DNA of 64,000 bases, taken from the NCBI GenBank assembly GCA_031431215.1, contig JANPCZ010000037.1, positions 6,355-70,354 of the forward strand. Direction: 5' to 3'. A model generated the notes under the pieces. The model made no database searches and was not told where the DNA came from. It was given only the letters and a program-made list of their open reading frames with translations. Origin of the DNA: Myxococcales bacterium (GTDB lineage Bacteria; Myxococcota_A; Polyangia; Fen-1088). Both the position numbers and the translations under genes were made by a program. The first letter of the stretch is position 1. Each line of letters opens with the position of its first letter. Shown here in pieces: positions 1 to 9,860 of the stretch.

Positions 1-30
1 ACTTGGTAGCCGGCGTCGCGCCGAGCGATC

Positions 31-963
31 GTGTACCGCGTGATCGACGTTTCGCGACCGCCGCAGCGAGGGCTCCTGGCTTTCTGGGGCCGCGGTCGTG
101 GCAATCAGCGCGTGCGGGTGAAGCCCCGCGCCTCACTCGCCCGGGCCGCCGACGCGCTGGTCGCCGGCGCGGGCCGGCTACTTGCCATCGGTCGGGTGCT
201 GGGCAAGGTCGTGATCGCCGCGGCGTTCCTGGCTGCCGTTGGCTTCGGCACGCGCTGGGCGGCGGCCCATGTCATGGCGTCACCGCGGTTTGCGCTGCAG
301 CAGATCCAGGTTTCGCCCACCACCCGGGTGCGCCGCCAGGAGGTCCTCGCGCTGGCCGGGGTGGTCGAGGGCGAGCGTCTGCTGGCGCTCGACACCGATG
401 TCATCGCGGCGCGGGTCGCGCGGCATCCTTGGATCGCCAGCGTCCGGGTGCACCGCCAGCTACCATCGGCGCTGGCCATCGATGTGAACGAGCGACGGGC
501 CGCAGCGGTCGCGTCACTTGGCGGGCTGTACCTGATCGATGAGACCGGGCGTGCCTTCAAGCGCGCGACCATGGATGAGGCCGAGGGGTTGCCGGTGCTG
601 ACCGGCATCGAGCGCGGGCAGTACGTCGAGTTGCGCTCGCCGTGCGAGGCCGCTTTCCGCGAGGCGCTGAATGTGGTCGCCGCATGCCGGGCGCTACCGA
701 CGTTGCCGGTGCTGTCCGAAGTGAACATCGATCCACGCTTCGGCTTCACGCTGTTTTTTCGCGACGGCGGCGCCGAGGTGCGGCTCGGGCGCGGCGCCAT
801 CGACAAAAAATTGGCTACCCTCAGCGAGATCCTTGAAGCTTTGCCTGGCCGTGGCGTTCGCGATGCGGGGGCCGTCCGGGTGATTCACCTCGACGGGGCC
901 AACCGTCGCCGGGTGCCGGTGGCGCTGGGGCCACAACTCTTCACTGACGCAACGAAAAAGTAG
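31..963 (+). CDS. ftsQ: Cell division protein FtsQ/DivIB (POTRA domain); GTG start, true start uncertain
   Basis: 310-aa ORF immediately upstream of ftsA/ftsZ. N-terminal TM segment (VVIAAAFLAAVGFG) followed by a POTRA-like region. Position in dcw-cluster order. Confidence 0.75.
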   Translation: MYRVIDVSRPPQRGLLAFWGRGRGNQRVRVKPRASLARAADALVAGAGRLLAIGRVLGKVVIAAAFLAAVGFGTRWAAAHVMASPRFALQQIQVSPTTRVRRQEVLALAGVVEGERLLALDTDVIAARVARHPWIASVRVHRQLPSALAIDVNERRAAAVASLGGLYLIDETGRAFKRATMDEAEGLPVLTGIERGQYVELRSPCEAAFREALNVVAACRALPTLPVLSEVNIDPRFGFTLFFRDGGAEVRLGRGAIDKKLATLSEILEALPGRGVRDAGAVRVIHLDGANRRRVPVALGPQLFTDATKK

Positions 964-981
964 AACGGAGAACAAGCGAAG

Positions 982-2208
982 ATGGCGCGACGAGGTTCCG
1001 AGATCATCGTGGGTCTGGACATCGGCACCACAAAGATAGCTGCCGTGATAGGCGAGATGACCGATAGCGGCCTCGACATCATCGGTGTCGGCACGCACGC
1101 TTCGCGCGGCCTCAAGAAGGGAGTCATCGTCAACATCGACTCGACGGTGGCGGCGATCCGGCAGGCGGTGGGCGAGGCCGAACGTATGTCGGGCTGCCTG
1201 GTCTCGCAGATCTACGTCGGCATCGCCGGTGGCCACATCAAGGGCGTCAATTCGACGGGAACCGTCGCCATCAAGGACAAGGAAGTCCGCCCCATCGACA
1301 TTGCCAAGGTGCTTGAGCTGGCGCGGGCCATCGCCTTGCCGGTCGATCGCCACATCGTTCACGCCCTTGCGCAGGAGTATCAAATCGACGGCCAGGACGG
1401 CGTGCGCGAGCCGCTGGGCATGTGCGGTGTGCGCCTTGAGGCGCGGGTCCACATCGTGACCGCGGCGGCGGCGGCAGTGCAGAACATCATCAAGTGTTGC
1501 ACCCAGGCCGGCCTCGAAGTGCAGGACATCGTGCTCGAGCCCATCGCCTCGGGCGAAGCCGTGCTTGAGGAGGACGAGAAGGGGCTCGGCGCTGCGCTCA
1601 TCGACATTGGCGGCGGCACCACCGATCTTGCCATGTACACCGACGGCTATGTGGCACACACCAGCGTCATCCCCATCGGTGGGCACCAGCTGACCAACGA
1701 CATCGCGTTCGGGCTGCGCACCCCGCCGCACGAGGCCGAGAAGATCAAGCACCGCTGGGGCTGCGCCCTCGCGAGCATGGTGGGTGAGGACGAGACCATC
1801 GAGGTTCCGTCCGTGGGGGGGCGTGCACCGCGCGTGCTGTCGCGCCAGATGCTCTGTCGCGACATCATCCAGCCGCGGGTCGAGGAGATGTTCGACGTGG
1901 TCAGGAAGGAGATCGCACGGCTTGGCTGCGAGGACATGCTGGCGTCGGGCGCCGTCATCACCGGTGGCGCCACGCAATTGCCGGGTATGGCGGAACTTGG
2001 CGAAGAGATGCTGGGTATTCCCGTGCGTCTGGGCGTGCCCAAGGGGGTGGGGGGCCTGTCCGAGGCGGTCAAGGGACCCGGGTTTGCGACCGCCGTCGGG
2101 CTGGTGCAGTACGGGGCGCTCCAGCAGGGCGCCCATCCGTCGGCACCGGGCCCGATGCGGGTCGGGTTCTTCGGACGGTTCAAGAAGGCGATCTCGAGCG
2201 CGTTCTGA
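982..2208 (+). CDS. ftsA: Cell division protein FtsA (actin-like ATPase)
   Basis: 408 aa. N-terminal IVGLDIGTTKIAAVIGE actin-fold phosphate-1 motif and DIGGGTTD motif. RBS-like ACGGAGAA precedes ATG 982. Synteny ftsQ-ftsA-ftsZ. Confidence 0.9.
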   Translation: MARRGSEIIVGLDIGTTKIAAVIGEMTDSGLDIIGVGTHASRGLKKGVIVNIDSTVAAIRQAVGEAERMSGCLVSQIYVGIAGGHIKGVNSTGTVAIKDKEVRPIDIAKVLELARAIALPVDRHIVHALAQEYQIDGQDGVREPLGMCGVRLEARVHIVTAAAAAVQNIIKCCTQAGLEVQDIVLEPIASGEAVLEEDEKGLGAALIDIGGGTTDLAMYTDGYVAHTSVIPIGGHQLTNDIAFGLRTPPHEAEKIKHRWGCALASMVGEDETIEVPSVGGRAPRVLSRQMLCRDIIQPRVEEMFDVVRKEIARLGCEDMLASGAVITGGATQLPGMAELGEEMLGIPVRLGVPKGVGGLSEAVKGPGFATAVGLVQYGALQQGAHPSAPGPMRVGFFGRFKKAISSAF

Positions 2209-2239
2209 CCAGGAACGATCTCCCACACCCACCCACCGC

Positions 2240-2325
2240 TCCGACGGAGATCAGAAAAAAATTGACTCAAAAATTAGCGTCGTCAAAGGCCACATGCGAC
2301 GAATGAATTGAGGGGAGAAACACGC
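2240..2325 (+). promoter_or_regulatory. AT-rich ftsA-ftsZ intergenic region, likely ftsZ promoter/leader
   Basis: Locally AT-rich stretch (cagaaaaaaattgactcaaaaattagcg) in an otherwise ~70% GC context. TTGACT hexamer at ~2262. SD immediately upstream of ftsZ. Confidence 0.25.
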
Positions 2326-3930
2326 ATGCTGGAATTCGCCGAGGAACTGATGGGACCCAAGATCAAGGTTGTCGGGGTCGGTGGTGGCGGCGGCAACGCC
2401 GTCAATACGATGATCGAAGCCGGGGTCCAAGGCGTCGATTTCATCGCCGCCAACACCGACGGCCAGGTGCTGGAGACCAACCTTGCGCCAGTCAAGATCC
2501 AGCTGGGCCGCAACCTGACCAAGGGCCTGGGCGCTGGCGCCAACCCCGAGATCGGTTGTGCCGCGGCCATCGAGGATGCCGCCAAGTTGGGTGAAGTGTT
2601 GGCCGGCGCCGACATGGTGTTCGTGACCGCCGGAATGGGCGGTGGCACGGGCACCGGCGCGGCCCCGGTCATCGCACAGGTGGCGCGCGATCTGGGCGCC
2701 CTGACCGTCGGGGTGGTGACCAGGCCGTTCATGTTCGAGGGCATGCAGCGCAAGAAGAAAGCCACCTCGGGCATCGGCGAGCTGGCCAAGTCGGTCGACG
2801 CCCTCATCGTGATCCCCAACGATCGCCTGGTGGCACTGGCGGGCAAGAAGATGACCCTGCGCGAGTCGTTTGCCATGGTCGACAACGTGTGCCTGAACGC
2901 GGTTCGCGGCATCAGCGATCTGGTGCTGGTGCCCGGGCTCATCAACGTCGACTTCGCAGACGTCCGCACCATCATGACGGGCATGGGCCGCGCTTTGATG
3001 GGAACCGGCCGAGGCGTCGGCGACAAGCGCGCGATAGACGCCGCGCAGGCCGCGATCAACTCGCCGCTGCTTGAGGATGTCTCGATCAACGGTGCCACCG
3101 GCATCCTGGTCAACATCACCGGCGGTGCCGATCTGACGCTGGCCGAGGTGACCGAGGCCTGCACCCTGATCCAGGAAGCGGCCGATCCCGATGCCAACAT
3201 CATCTTCGGCTCGGTCATCGATCCCAACATGGCCGACGAAGTTCGCATCACCGTGATCGCCACCGGCTTCCAGTCGCGGCAGGAGGCCACCATCGGAGGC
3301 AGCCTGGCGTCGGGCCGGACCGGTCGGCGCCCCGATACGCAGATGTCGCTACCCATTGCCGCCGCGCTGTCGTCGGCCGGGTTCGGCGCTCCCGCCGAGG
3401 CGACCCTGCAGGGTTTCCTTGCCACCGCCAAGGTGGTGGTCGCGGCGCGAGCGCCCGAGACCACGTTCGAGGTGGTGCTGGACGAGCCCACCTTGCCCCA
3501 GGCAATTGCCGTACCGCTACCTCCCCCGTTCCCCCAATCGCCCTCAGCGGCCGTGACGGTGTCCGAGCGCATCCCGACGTTCCCGTCGACCGTGCCGATC
3601 GCCAGCGCTGCGCCGCCCGCGGCGTCGCAGTTCGCGACCGCCGTGCCGGTGGACTATCCCACCGCGCGCGACAGCGGCTCGATGCCGATCATCCGTCCCG
3701 CGGTGGCATCGTCTCAGGTGGGGGCCCACTCCGCGACCTCACGACGTACGCCCTCGGCCATGCCGGCGGCGTCTTTGAACGAGGAAGACCTGGGCATTGC
3801 CGAGAGCGAGTTTGACAGGCCTACGTACATGCGGCGGGCGGTCGGCACGCAGACCCAGCCCGCGACGCTGTCCGCGCCGACCATGCGCCTGCCTGGTGAC
3901 AGCGGCGGCGGCGGCAAAGTAGGGTTCTAG
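2326..3930 (+). CDS. ftsZ: Cell division GTPase FtsZ with a long Pro/Ala-rich C-terminal linker
   Basis: Tubulin signature GGGTGTG and [26 protein letters not shown] lies 9 nt upstream of ATG 2326 (the ORF track starts at TTG 2308). About 200-aa low-complexity linker before the C-terminal peptide. Confidence 0.9.
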   Translation: MLEFAEELMGPKIKVVGVGGGGGNAVNTMIEAGVQGVDFIAANTDGQVLETNLAPVKIQLGRNLTKGLGAGANPEIGCAAAIEDAAKLGEVLAGADMVFVTAGMGGGTGTGAAPVIAQVARDLGALTVGVVTRPFMFEGMQRKKKATSGIGELAKSVDALIVIPNDRLVALAGKKMTLRESFAMVDNVCLNAVRGISDLVLVPGLINVDFADVRTIMTGMGRALMGTGRGVGDKRAIDAAQAAINSPLLEDVSINGATGILVNITGGADLTLAEVTEACTLIQEAADPDANIIFGSVIDPNMADEVRITVIATGFQSRQEATIGGSLASGRTGRRPDTQMSLPIAAALSSAGFGAPAEATLQGFLATAKVVVAARAPETTFEVVLDEPTLPQAIAVPLPPPFPQSPSAAVTVSERIPTFPSTVPIASAAPPAASQFATAVPVDYPTARDSGSMPIIRPAVASSQVGAHSATSRRTPSAMPAASLNEEDLGIAESEFDRPTYMRRAVGTQTQPATLSAPTMRLPGDSGGGGKVGF

Positions 3931-3956
3931 CCCCTCTAAGTCTAAGCCTGCGGCAC

Positions 3957-4703
3957 TCAGGGCAGCTTCGCGCGCGTCGCCGCCCAGCTCGGCTGCGGCT
4001 CGGGCTTGACGCTCCAGATGGTCAGGTCGTCGAGTTGAATCGCGCCCTGCATGGGACCAATGAAGCGGATCTCGCCCTTGGGCGCTGCTAGCGGCGCGGA
4101 CTGGGCAACCAGGGTGGGGCCACGCTCGAACTGGACGACAAGCGTGTCGCCCTTGACCTCGGCGAGCACGTGATACCACTGACCCGTCTTGACCTCGAAA
4201 CCGGTGCTCTTGCTGACGGGTTCCTTGCCGCTGTGCTCGTAGATGCCCACGGTGTGTTCGGTGAAGCGCACCGCGAGAATGTGGTGATCGAAGTCGATGG
4301 CGCTGCGGCCCAGCGCCTTGCCCTCGAACTTGATCTTGACGTCGATCGCGAAGTCGCCGAGGCCCTTGATGTCCATGACCGGCTTGGGACCGTTGTGGTC
4401 CTGCCGCGAGGCCTGAAATTCGGGCGTCGCGGGGATGCCCTTGAGCACGCCCTCCTCGATCGCCCATCGCGTGCTCTGAATCGGTTTCCAGATCTTGGTA
4501 TCGAGCGGCTTGGGTTTGTCGAAGTCGTCGCGAAGCTTGATCCTATCGACCTGAACGAGCAGAGGTTTGAGGGGACCGGCCTTCACCTGCGGGCCTGAGG
4601 CGCCCGCGGCCGCGTTCACGGGCCCGACGCTCGCGACGCCCCCGAGCACCAGCAGCGCCAAAGACCCTCGCCTCAAAGCTGACTCGACCCGTGCGCGTTT
4701 CAT
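3957..4703 (-). CDS. Secreted hypothetical protein, possibly a DUF1080 / 3-keto-disaccharide hydrolase-like jelly-roll
   Basis: Start taken at MKRARVESALRRGSLALLVLGGVASVG (signal peptide) rather than the upstream ORF-track start. Residues resemble DUF1080 (GDFAIDVKIKFEG...). Weak assignment. Confidence 0.45.
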   Translation of the reverse strand: MKRARVESALRRGSLALLVLGGVASVGPVNAAAGASGPQVKAGPLKPLLVQVDRIKLRDDFDKPKPLDTKIWKPIQSTRWAIEEGVLKGIPATPEFQASRQDHNGPKPVMDIKGLGDFAIDVKIKFEGKALGRSAIDFDHHILAVRFTEHTVGIYEHSGKEPVSKSTGFEVKTGQWYHVLAEVKGDTLVVQFERGPTLVAQSAPLAAPKGEIRFIGPMQGAIQLDDLTIWSVKPEPQPSWAATRAKLP

Positions 4704-4792
4704 GGACTCTCCCCGCGACGATTGTTTGAAAGATTTGGCAGCTAATCTAATTTGCCCTATACGGAGCCTTGACCGCGTGTATCCTCGCCCCG

Positions 4793-5731
4793 ATGGGCCA
4801 CCTCTGGACACTCGTTCCCCTGATTTTGTTAAATGCGGCGCCCACAACTGCGGCGCCCGGAACCCCGACTGACGGCCCGTCGATCGTCTGGGTGAACGAG
4901 GCGCCCAAGGGCAAGCCGCTGCCGCCGGGCGTCTCGCATCACACGTTTGTCAGCAAAGCCGCGGGCAACGAGGTCGGCTACTGCATTTACCTTCCGCCCG
5001 AGTACAAGCGATCGCCGAATAAGCGCTATCCGGTCATCTACAACCTCCACGGCAACGGCAGCGCCGCCAACGAATTCCACAGCCTCGACGACGTTGCCGT
5101 GCTGCACGAGGGGATCGTGGCCGGACGATGGCCGCCGATGATCGTCGTCCTACCGAACGGTGGCAAGAGCACCATGTACAAGGATTCGTACGATGGGCGG
5201 TTCCCGATCGAAACGATTATCATCAAAGAGCTGATCCCGCACATTGACCGCACCTACCGCACCATTGCGGCGCGAAGCGGCCGCGCCATCGAGGGCTTCT
5301 CGATGGGCGGGCGGGGTGCGACACGGCTGGCGATCAAGTACCCCGACATGTTCGTGTCGCTGTTTTGTCAGGCCGGCAATGTGCCCCACACGCTTCTCGG
5401 GTACGACCCGTCCAAGCCCAAGGTCTTTCCCAACAGCTACCTCGGCCCCGACCGCGCCAACTTTGAGAACAACGACGTCTACGAACTTTTGAAGAAGAAC
5501 CTGGCCAGGATCCGTGGGCGCCTGCGGATCCAGATCGCCTGTGGCACCAAGGACCCCGGCCACCTGACCACGATCCGCGACTTCCACCAGGCGCTCCTCT
5601 CACACGACGTGGACCACACGTACATCGAACTTGAGGGTCTCGCGCACGAGCGCGACAAGGTGCTGGACCGCCTGAAGGCCGTCTGGTTCGACTACCACGT
5701 CGAGTCCTTCCGGCGCGCGGCAGCCGAGTAG
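4793..5731 (+). CDS. Secreted alpha/beta-hydrolase, putative esterase family (esterase D / enterochelin-esterase-like)
   Basis: Signal-like N-terminus. IYNLHGNGS and GFSMGGRGA (GxSxG nucleophile elbow) motifs. Alternative TTG start at 4769. Confidence 0.6.
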   Translation: MGHLWTLVPLILLNAAPTTAAPGTPTDGPSIVWVNEAPKGKPLPPGVSHHTFVSKAAGNEVGYCIYLPPEYKRSPNKRYPVIYNLHGNGSAANEFHSLDDVAVLHEGIVAGRWPPMIVVLPNGGKSTMYKDSYDGRFPIETIIIKELIPHIDRTYRTIAARSGRAIEGFSMGGRGATRLAIKYPDMFVSLFCQAGNVPHTLLGYDPSKPKVFPNSYLGPDRANFENNDVYELLKKNLARIRGRLRIQIACGTKDPGHLTTIRDFHQALLSHDVDHTYIELEGLAHERDKVLDRLKAVWFDYHVESFRRAAAE

Positions 5732-6044
5732 AAACCTGCTTCGTGCCAACGTGGGGCTGGAAGCCAGAAGTCGCCAGCGCTGGGCCGATGTTCCGGTCGC
5801 TCAGCCGCGTCGCCACGCTGCGACCCATCGTTGCGACGAAGCTCTGTCCGAAAGGGCCCATGAAGGAGGGCTCGACCGGGCCCATGGACGTCAGTCGCAG
5901 TCGAGCGGCTGCCGGACCTTCTCGCTTGATTCCTGAACGGCCAGCTCATATTAAGTGTTGGGCGGCGACAACGACGGCGCCATGTCCGGCGGCCTGCAGA
6001 TTGCGGTTAGCCGCGCCACATTCCTGAACGAACAAGGTGAAAAG

Positions 6045-8300
6045 ATGGACGGACTTTCCGGCAGAGACAACAGGAATCCGCTTCCGGACCAGGCGCCTGC
6101 CACCTCTTGGAGAGGTCCCTACCTGCTAGCCAGAAGGGTGGTCCCGCTTTGTGCATTGGTAGCGGTTTTTATTGCCGCACCGGCAGTCGTTCTTGCCGAA
6201 ACGATAGGCGTATTTTTTGACCCGAATGTGGAGCAAATCAAGTTCGCGGCCGGCGACGTCAAGGCAGCCCTCGAGAAACACAAATTCACGGTCAGGATGC
6301 TTCCAGTTAACTCTTTGAAAGCGTCGTATGCCGACAAAAAGATTGTCATTGCCCTTGCGTCGAATGCCGCAGCCACGGCTGTGCTCGCGCTTCAGGGCGG
6401 AGGCAAGGCGGCGAAGCCGGGCGAACAGGCGTTTGCCCTTCGCACCACGGAAACGCCACAGAAATCCTACTGGGCCCTTGGCGGCGACGCGAACGGCGCA
6501 ATGTATGGCGGATTGCAGCTCGCCGAAAACATAGCATTCAACAAGTTCACCGACACATATGACACCGACGAGTCTCCGGCCATTTTGAAACGTGGAATCA
6601 AGTTGAACCTGCCGCTTGACAAAGAAAGCAGGACATACGGGAGGTCAAAGGTATCTGGAGCCAATAACGCTATTCACAACGCGTGGGACATGTCCTTCTG
6701 GAAAACCTGGTTCGATGAAATGGCGCGCAATCGATACAACGTGCTCTCAATTTGGAGCAACCATCCATTCACGTCGATGATCAAGATGCCTGAGTATCCC
6801 GACGTGGCGATACGTGACGTAACCGATTTCGATGGCAAGAAGAGAGCCATGTCGATCGACGCGAAGATTGAGTTCTGGAGGAAGGTGATGGCCTATGCGA
6901 AGTCGCGAGCCTTTGATTTCTATCTCGTCAACTGGAACATATGGACTGACGGCGCCTCGGGAAAACACGGGATCACCGACGACAAAAAGGAAGCGGCAAC
7001 CAGCAAGGCAACCATTGCGTACATGCGCAAGTGCATGACAAGACTTCTCGAGACCTATCCTGACCTCGATGGGTTTGGTGTTACTCAGGGCGAGCACATG
7101 TCGGAAAACGACAAGGACAACTCGGGATTCTTGGCAAACACGTTTGGACTAGGAATGGCCGACTATGCCAGGCGCAACCCGAAGAGGAAACTGGTCTTCA
7201 TTCATCGCTGGCACATGGCCGACTTCACCGAGATCAAGGAAAACTTTTCTGAACTCATGAAGCTTTCCAATGTGAGGTTCGAGCTGTCGTTCAAATACAG
7301 CCTGGCCCACATGTACTCGGCGGCCTTGCCGCAAAGAATGCGAGATACACACGTCGAGGCGCTTCGCGATAACAAGCTGAGATCGTGGCTCACGGTTCGT
7401 AACGATGACTTCTACTACCACAACTGGGGGGACCCAGGGTTTGCGCGCTCTTATGTTAACGGCATGATAGACAAGGGGGATTGGTTTATTGGGTATTACA
7501 TGGGATCGGATGGCTACTCCCCCACGCGGACATTTTTCAGCAAGGATAGCGTGACGCAGGGGCTCCTGGAGGTCCAGCGGCAGTGGTATATGTTCATGTT
7601 GTGGGGACGTATCTCCTATAACCCGATGATTGCCGACGCCGTATTCAGGAACCACATGGCGCTCAGGTATCCGCAAGTTGCAGCCGACCAGTTGTTCACG
7701 GCATGGAGTAAGTCTTCGAGGGGTTTGCCAAAAGTGGGCGACATGATTACGGGCACCCTGGGACGTGATGATCAATGGTGGCCCGAGGCATGCCAATCAG
7801 ACGATGGTTTCTTGACGGTCGCGGATTTTGGAAACGCAAAGGCGAACAAGGGTTCCGCCCTGAGCAGCATCGATGAGTCCGCATCCGGCCGTTTCGGTGA
7901 CAAGAAGAGCACCTACGCGGTGGCCGATGAGATCGAGACAGACGCCGTTTCGGCGCTTTCCATTGTGAACACCATGAGCGCCGGGCCAAATGCCGAGCTC
8001 GGCGTCACGCTCGGCAATATCAAGGCAATGTCCTACCTGACGGTCTATTATGCCTACAAGATCCGCGGGGCGACCCGCCTGAAGGCCAATGACAAGGAAA
8101 AGGCCAAAAATGCTGTGGGAACTGCGTACTGTTGGTGGATGAAGTACTCGAACCTGATGGATTCGATGTATCACGGCATGACGATGGCGCGCACTGCGAA
8201 TCTCGCCGACTGGCATGCACACGACAAGTCGGTTCTGAAGGAATTTGCCGATCTGGGCGGCGCCGGGACTCCTTCCTGCGAAAAGATTGCTACACAGTGA
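6045..8300 (+). CDS. Large secreted protein, possible glycoside-hydrolase-like enzyme of unknown family
   Basis: ATG 6045 preceded by AGGTGA. Long n-region then h-region VVPLCALVAVFIAAPAVVLA. ~750 aa with no recognisable catalytic motif. Lower GC than the flanks. The ORF-track start 5955 (GTG) includes an in-frame remnant similar to an internal segment. Confidence 0.5.
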   Translation: MDGLSGRDNRNPLPDQAPATSWRGPYLLARRVVPLCALVAVFIAAPAVVLAETIGVFFDPNVEQIKFAAGDVKAALEKHKFTVRMLPVNSLKASYADKKIVIALASNAAATAVLALQGGGKAAKPGEQAFALRTTETPQKSYWALGGDANGAMYGGLQLAENIAFNKFTDTYDTDESPAILKRGIKLNLPLDKESRTYGRSKVSGANNAIHNAWDMSFWKTWFDEMARNRYNVLSIWSNHPFTSMIKMPEYPDVAIRDVTDFDGKKRAMSIDAKIEFWRKVMAYAKSRAFDFYLVNWNIWTDGASGKHGITDDKKEAATSKATIAYMRKCMTRLLETYPDLDGFGVTQGEHMSENDKDNSGFLANTFGLGMADYARRNPKRKLVFIHRWHMADFTEIKENFSELMKLSNVRFELSFKYSLAHMYSAALPQRMRDTHVEALRDNKLRSWLTVRNDDFYYHNWGDPGFARSYVNGMIDKGDWFIGYYMGSDGYSPTRTFFSKDSVTQGLLEVQRQWYMFMLWGRISYNPMIADAVFRNHMALRYPQVAADQLFTAWSKSSRGLPKVGDMITGTLGRDDQWWPEACQSDDGFLTVADFGNAKANKGSALSSIDESASGRFGDKKSTYAVADEIETDAVSALSIVNTMSAGPNAELGVTLGNIKAMSYLTVYYAYKIRGATRLKANDKEKAKNAVGTAYCWWMKYSNLMDSMYHGMTMARTANLADWHAHDKSVLKEFADLGGAGTPSCEKIATQ

Positions 8301-8383
8301 CACCGCGAACGCCGGCGTGGGGTCCGCAGACCTTCGACGAGGCGAAAGTTACTCATGCTTCCCCATTCCACCCATTCCACCCC

Positions 8384-9820
8384 ATGACCCTTCCCCCCAC
8401 CCTCCGCTTCGCCTTCCTGATTTCAAGCCTGGTTTCCCTGTCCGCCGAAGCCTCACCTTCGCGGCCCAACATTCTGCTCATCGTCGCCGACGATCTTGGC
8501 TACAGCGACGTTGGCTTCCAGGGCGCCCGGGACATCCGCACGCCGCACCTCGACAGGCTCGCCGCCTCGGGCGTCCGCTGCACCGACGGCTACGTCTCCT
8601 ACCCGGTCTGCAGTCCCTCGCGCGCCGGCTTTTTGACCGGTCGCTACCAGCAACGCTTCGGCTACGAGTTTAACCCCAAGTGGGACGCCACCGCCGTCAC
8701 GCACGGCTTGCCGCTGTCCGAAACCACCCTCGCCGATTCGCTCCGCTCCGCGGGCTACACCACCGGCGCGGTCGGCAAGTGGCACCTCGGCGCCCATCCG
8801 CAATTTCATCCTAACCGCCGCGGCTTCGACGAATACTTCGGTTTCCTCGGTGGCGGCCATCGTTATCTCCCGGGTTCGGTTGCCGAAGTCGAAATCGGTG
8901 CGGGCAAGAAAGCCGCCGCGACGGCCAACACCGAGGAAACCTCCGCTATTTTGCACAACTCTACGGAGGTCCCCGAGATCGGCGAACTCACCACGCGCCT
9001 CGGCGAAGAAGCCACCGCTTCCGTCATCCGCCACGCTCGCGACCGCAAACCGTGGTTCCTCTATCTCGCCTTCAATGCCCCGCACACGCCGCTTCAAGCG
9101 CGTGAAGATATGCTCAAAAAATATGCGTCCATCACCGACGAACGCCGCCGCACTTATGCCGCGATGGTCGCCACGGTCGATGAAGCCGTGGGCCACATCG
9201 TTGCCGCCCTGGAAGCCACCGGCCAGCGCGCGCGGACCCTCATCTTCTTCATCTCCGACAATGGCGGGCCGATGACCAAGCGCAACGCCAACGCTTCCGT
9301 GAATTCCCCGCTACGCGGCCAAAAGGGCGACGTTTTCGAAGGTGGCATCCGCGTTCCCTTCCTGGTCTCCTGGCCCGCCCGTATCCGGGCTGGCCGCACT
9401 TACGCAAAACCCGTCATCTCCCTCGACGTCCTTCCCACGGCCCTCGCCGCCGCCGGAACCACGCGCGACGCCAAGCTCTCCGTGCTCGACGGCGTGAACC
9501 TCCTGCCCTTTCTCACGGGGAAGAATCCCGCCGCTCCCCACGCGCGCCTGTTCTGGCGCATGGACGGAGGCGAGGCCTTTGCTGTGCGCGAAGGAAACTG
9601 GAAGTGGATGCGCACCTATCAAAACGCTCCCCAGCTCTACGATCTTGCGACAGACCTCGGCGAATCCCGCGACCTCGCCACCGCACATCCCGAAATCGCC
9701 GCGCGCCTCGCCGCCTCCTCCGCCGACTGGAACCGCGGGCTCGTCGCCCCCGCTTTCGGCAACAATCCCTTCGGCGGCCTCATCAACCGCACCGGTTTGG
9801 AAAAAAACGCGGCGCCCTGA
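8384..9820 (+). CDS. Arylsulfatase-family sulfatase (Cys-type, formylglycine-dependent)
   Basis: Signal peptide. PNILLIVADDLGYSDVGFQG and the C-P-S-R formylglycine motif (PVCSPSRAGFLTGRY). The ORF track starts at 8132, but an in-frame ATG at 8384 begins the signal peptide. Confidence 0.85.
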   Translation: MTLPPTLRFAFLISSLVSLSAEASPSRPNILLIVADDLGYSDVGFQGARDIRTPHLDRLAASGVRCTDGYVSYPVCSPSRAGFLTGRYQQRFGYEFNPKWDATAVTHGLPLSETTLADSLRSAGYTTGAVGKWHLGAHPQFHPNRRGFDEYFGFLGGGHRYLPGSVAEVEIGAGKKAAATANTEETSAILHNSTEVPEIGELTTRLGEEATASVIRHARDRKPWFLYLAFNAPHTPLQAREDMLKKYASITDERRRTYAAMVATVDEAVGHIVAALEATGQRARTLIFFISDNGGPMTKRNANASVNSPLRGQKGDVFEGGIRVPFLVSWPARIRAGRTYAKPVISLDVLPTALAAAGTTRDAKLSVLDGVNLLPFLTGKNPAAPHARLFWRMDGGEAFAVREGNWKWMRTYQNAPQLYDLATDLGESRDLATAHPEIAARLAASSADWNRGLVAPAFGNNPFGGLINRTGLEKNAAP

Positions 9821-9860
9821 TCTCGCCTGGGTGTTGGCAGTAGATTCGTAGAGCAGACGC

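Noticed and set aside
694-2232. 512-aa ORF on the minus strand spanning ftsQ/ftsA
   Set aside because: Antisense to the well-supported ftsA and ftsQ frames. Long stop-free antisense frames are expected at ~70% GC. No recognisable motifs.
2283-3572. 429-aa minus-strand ORF opposite ftsZ
   Set aside because: Antisense to ftsZ. Low-complexity Ala/Ser/Thr-rich translation typical of high-GC artefacts.
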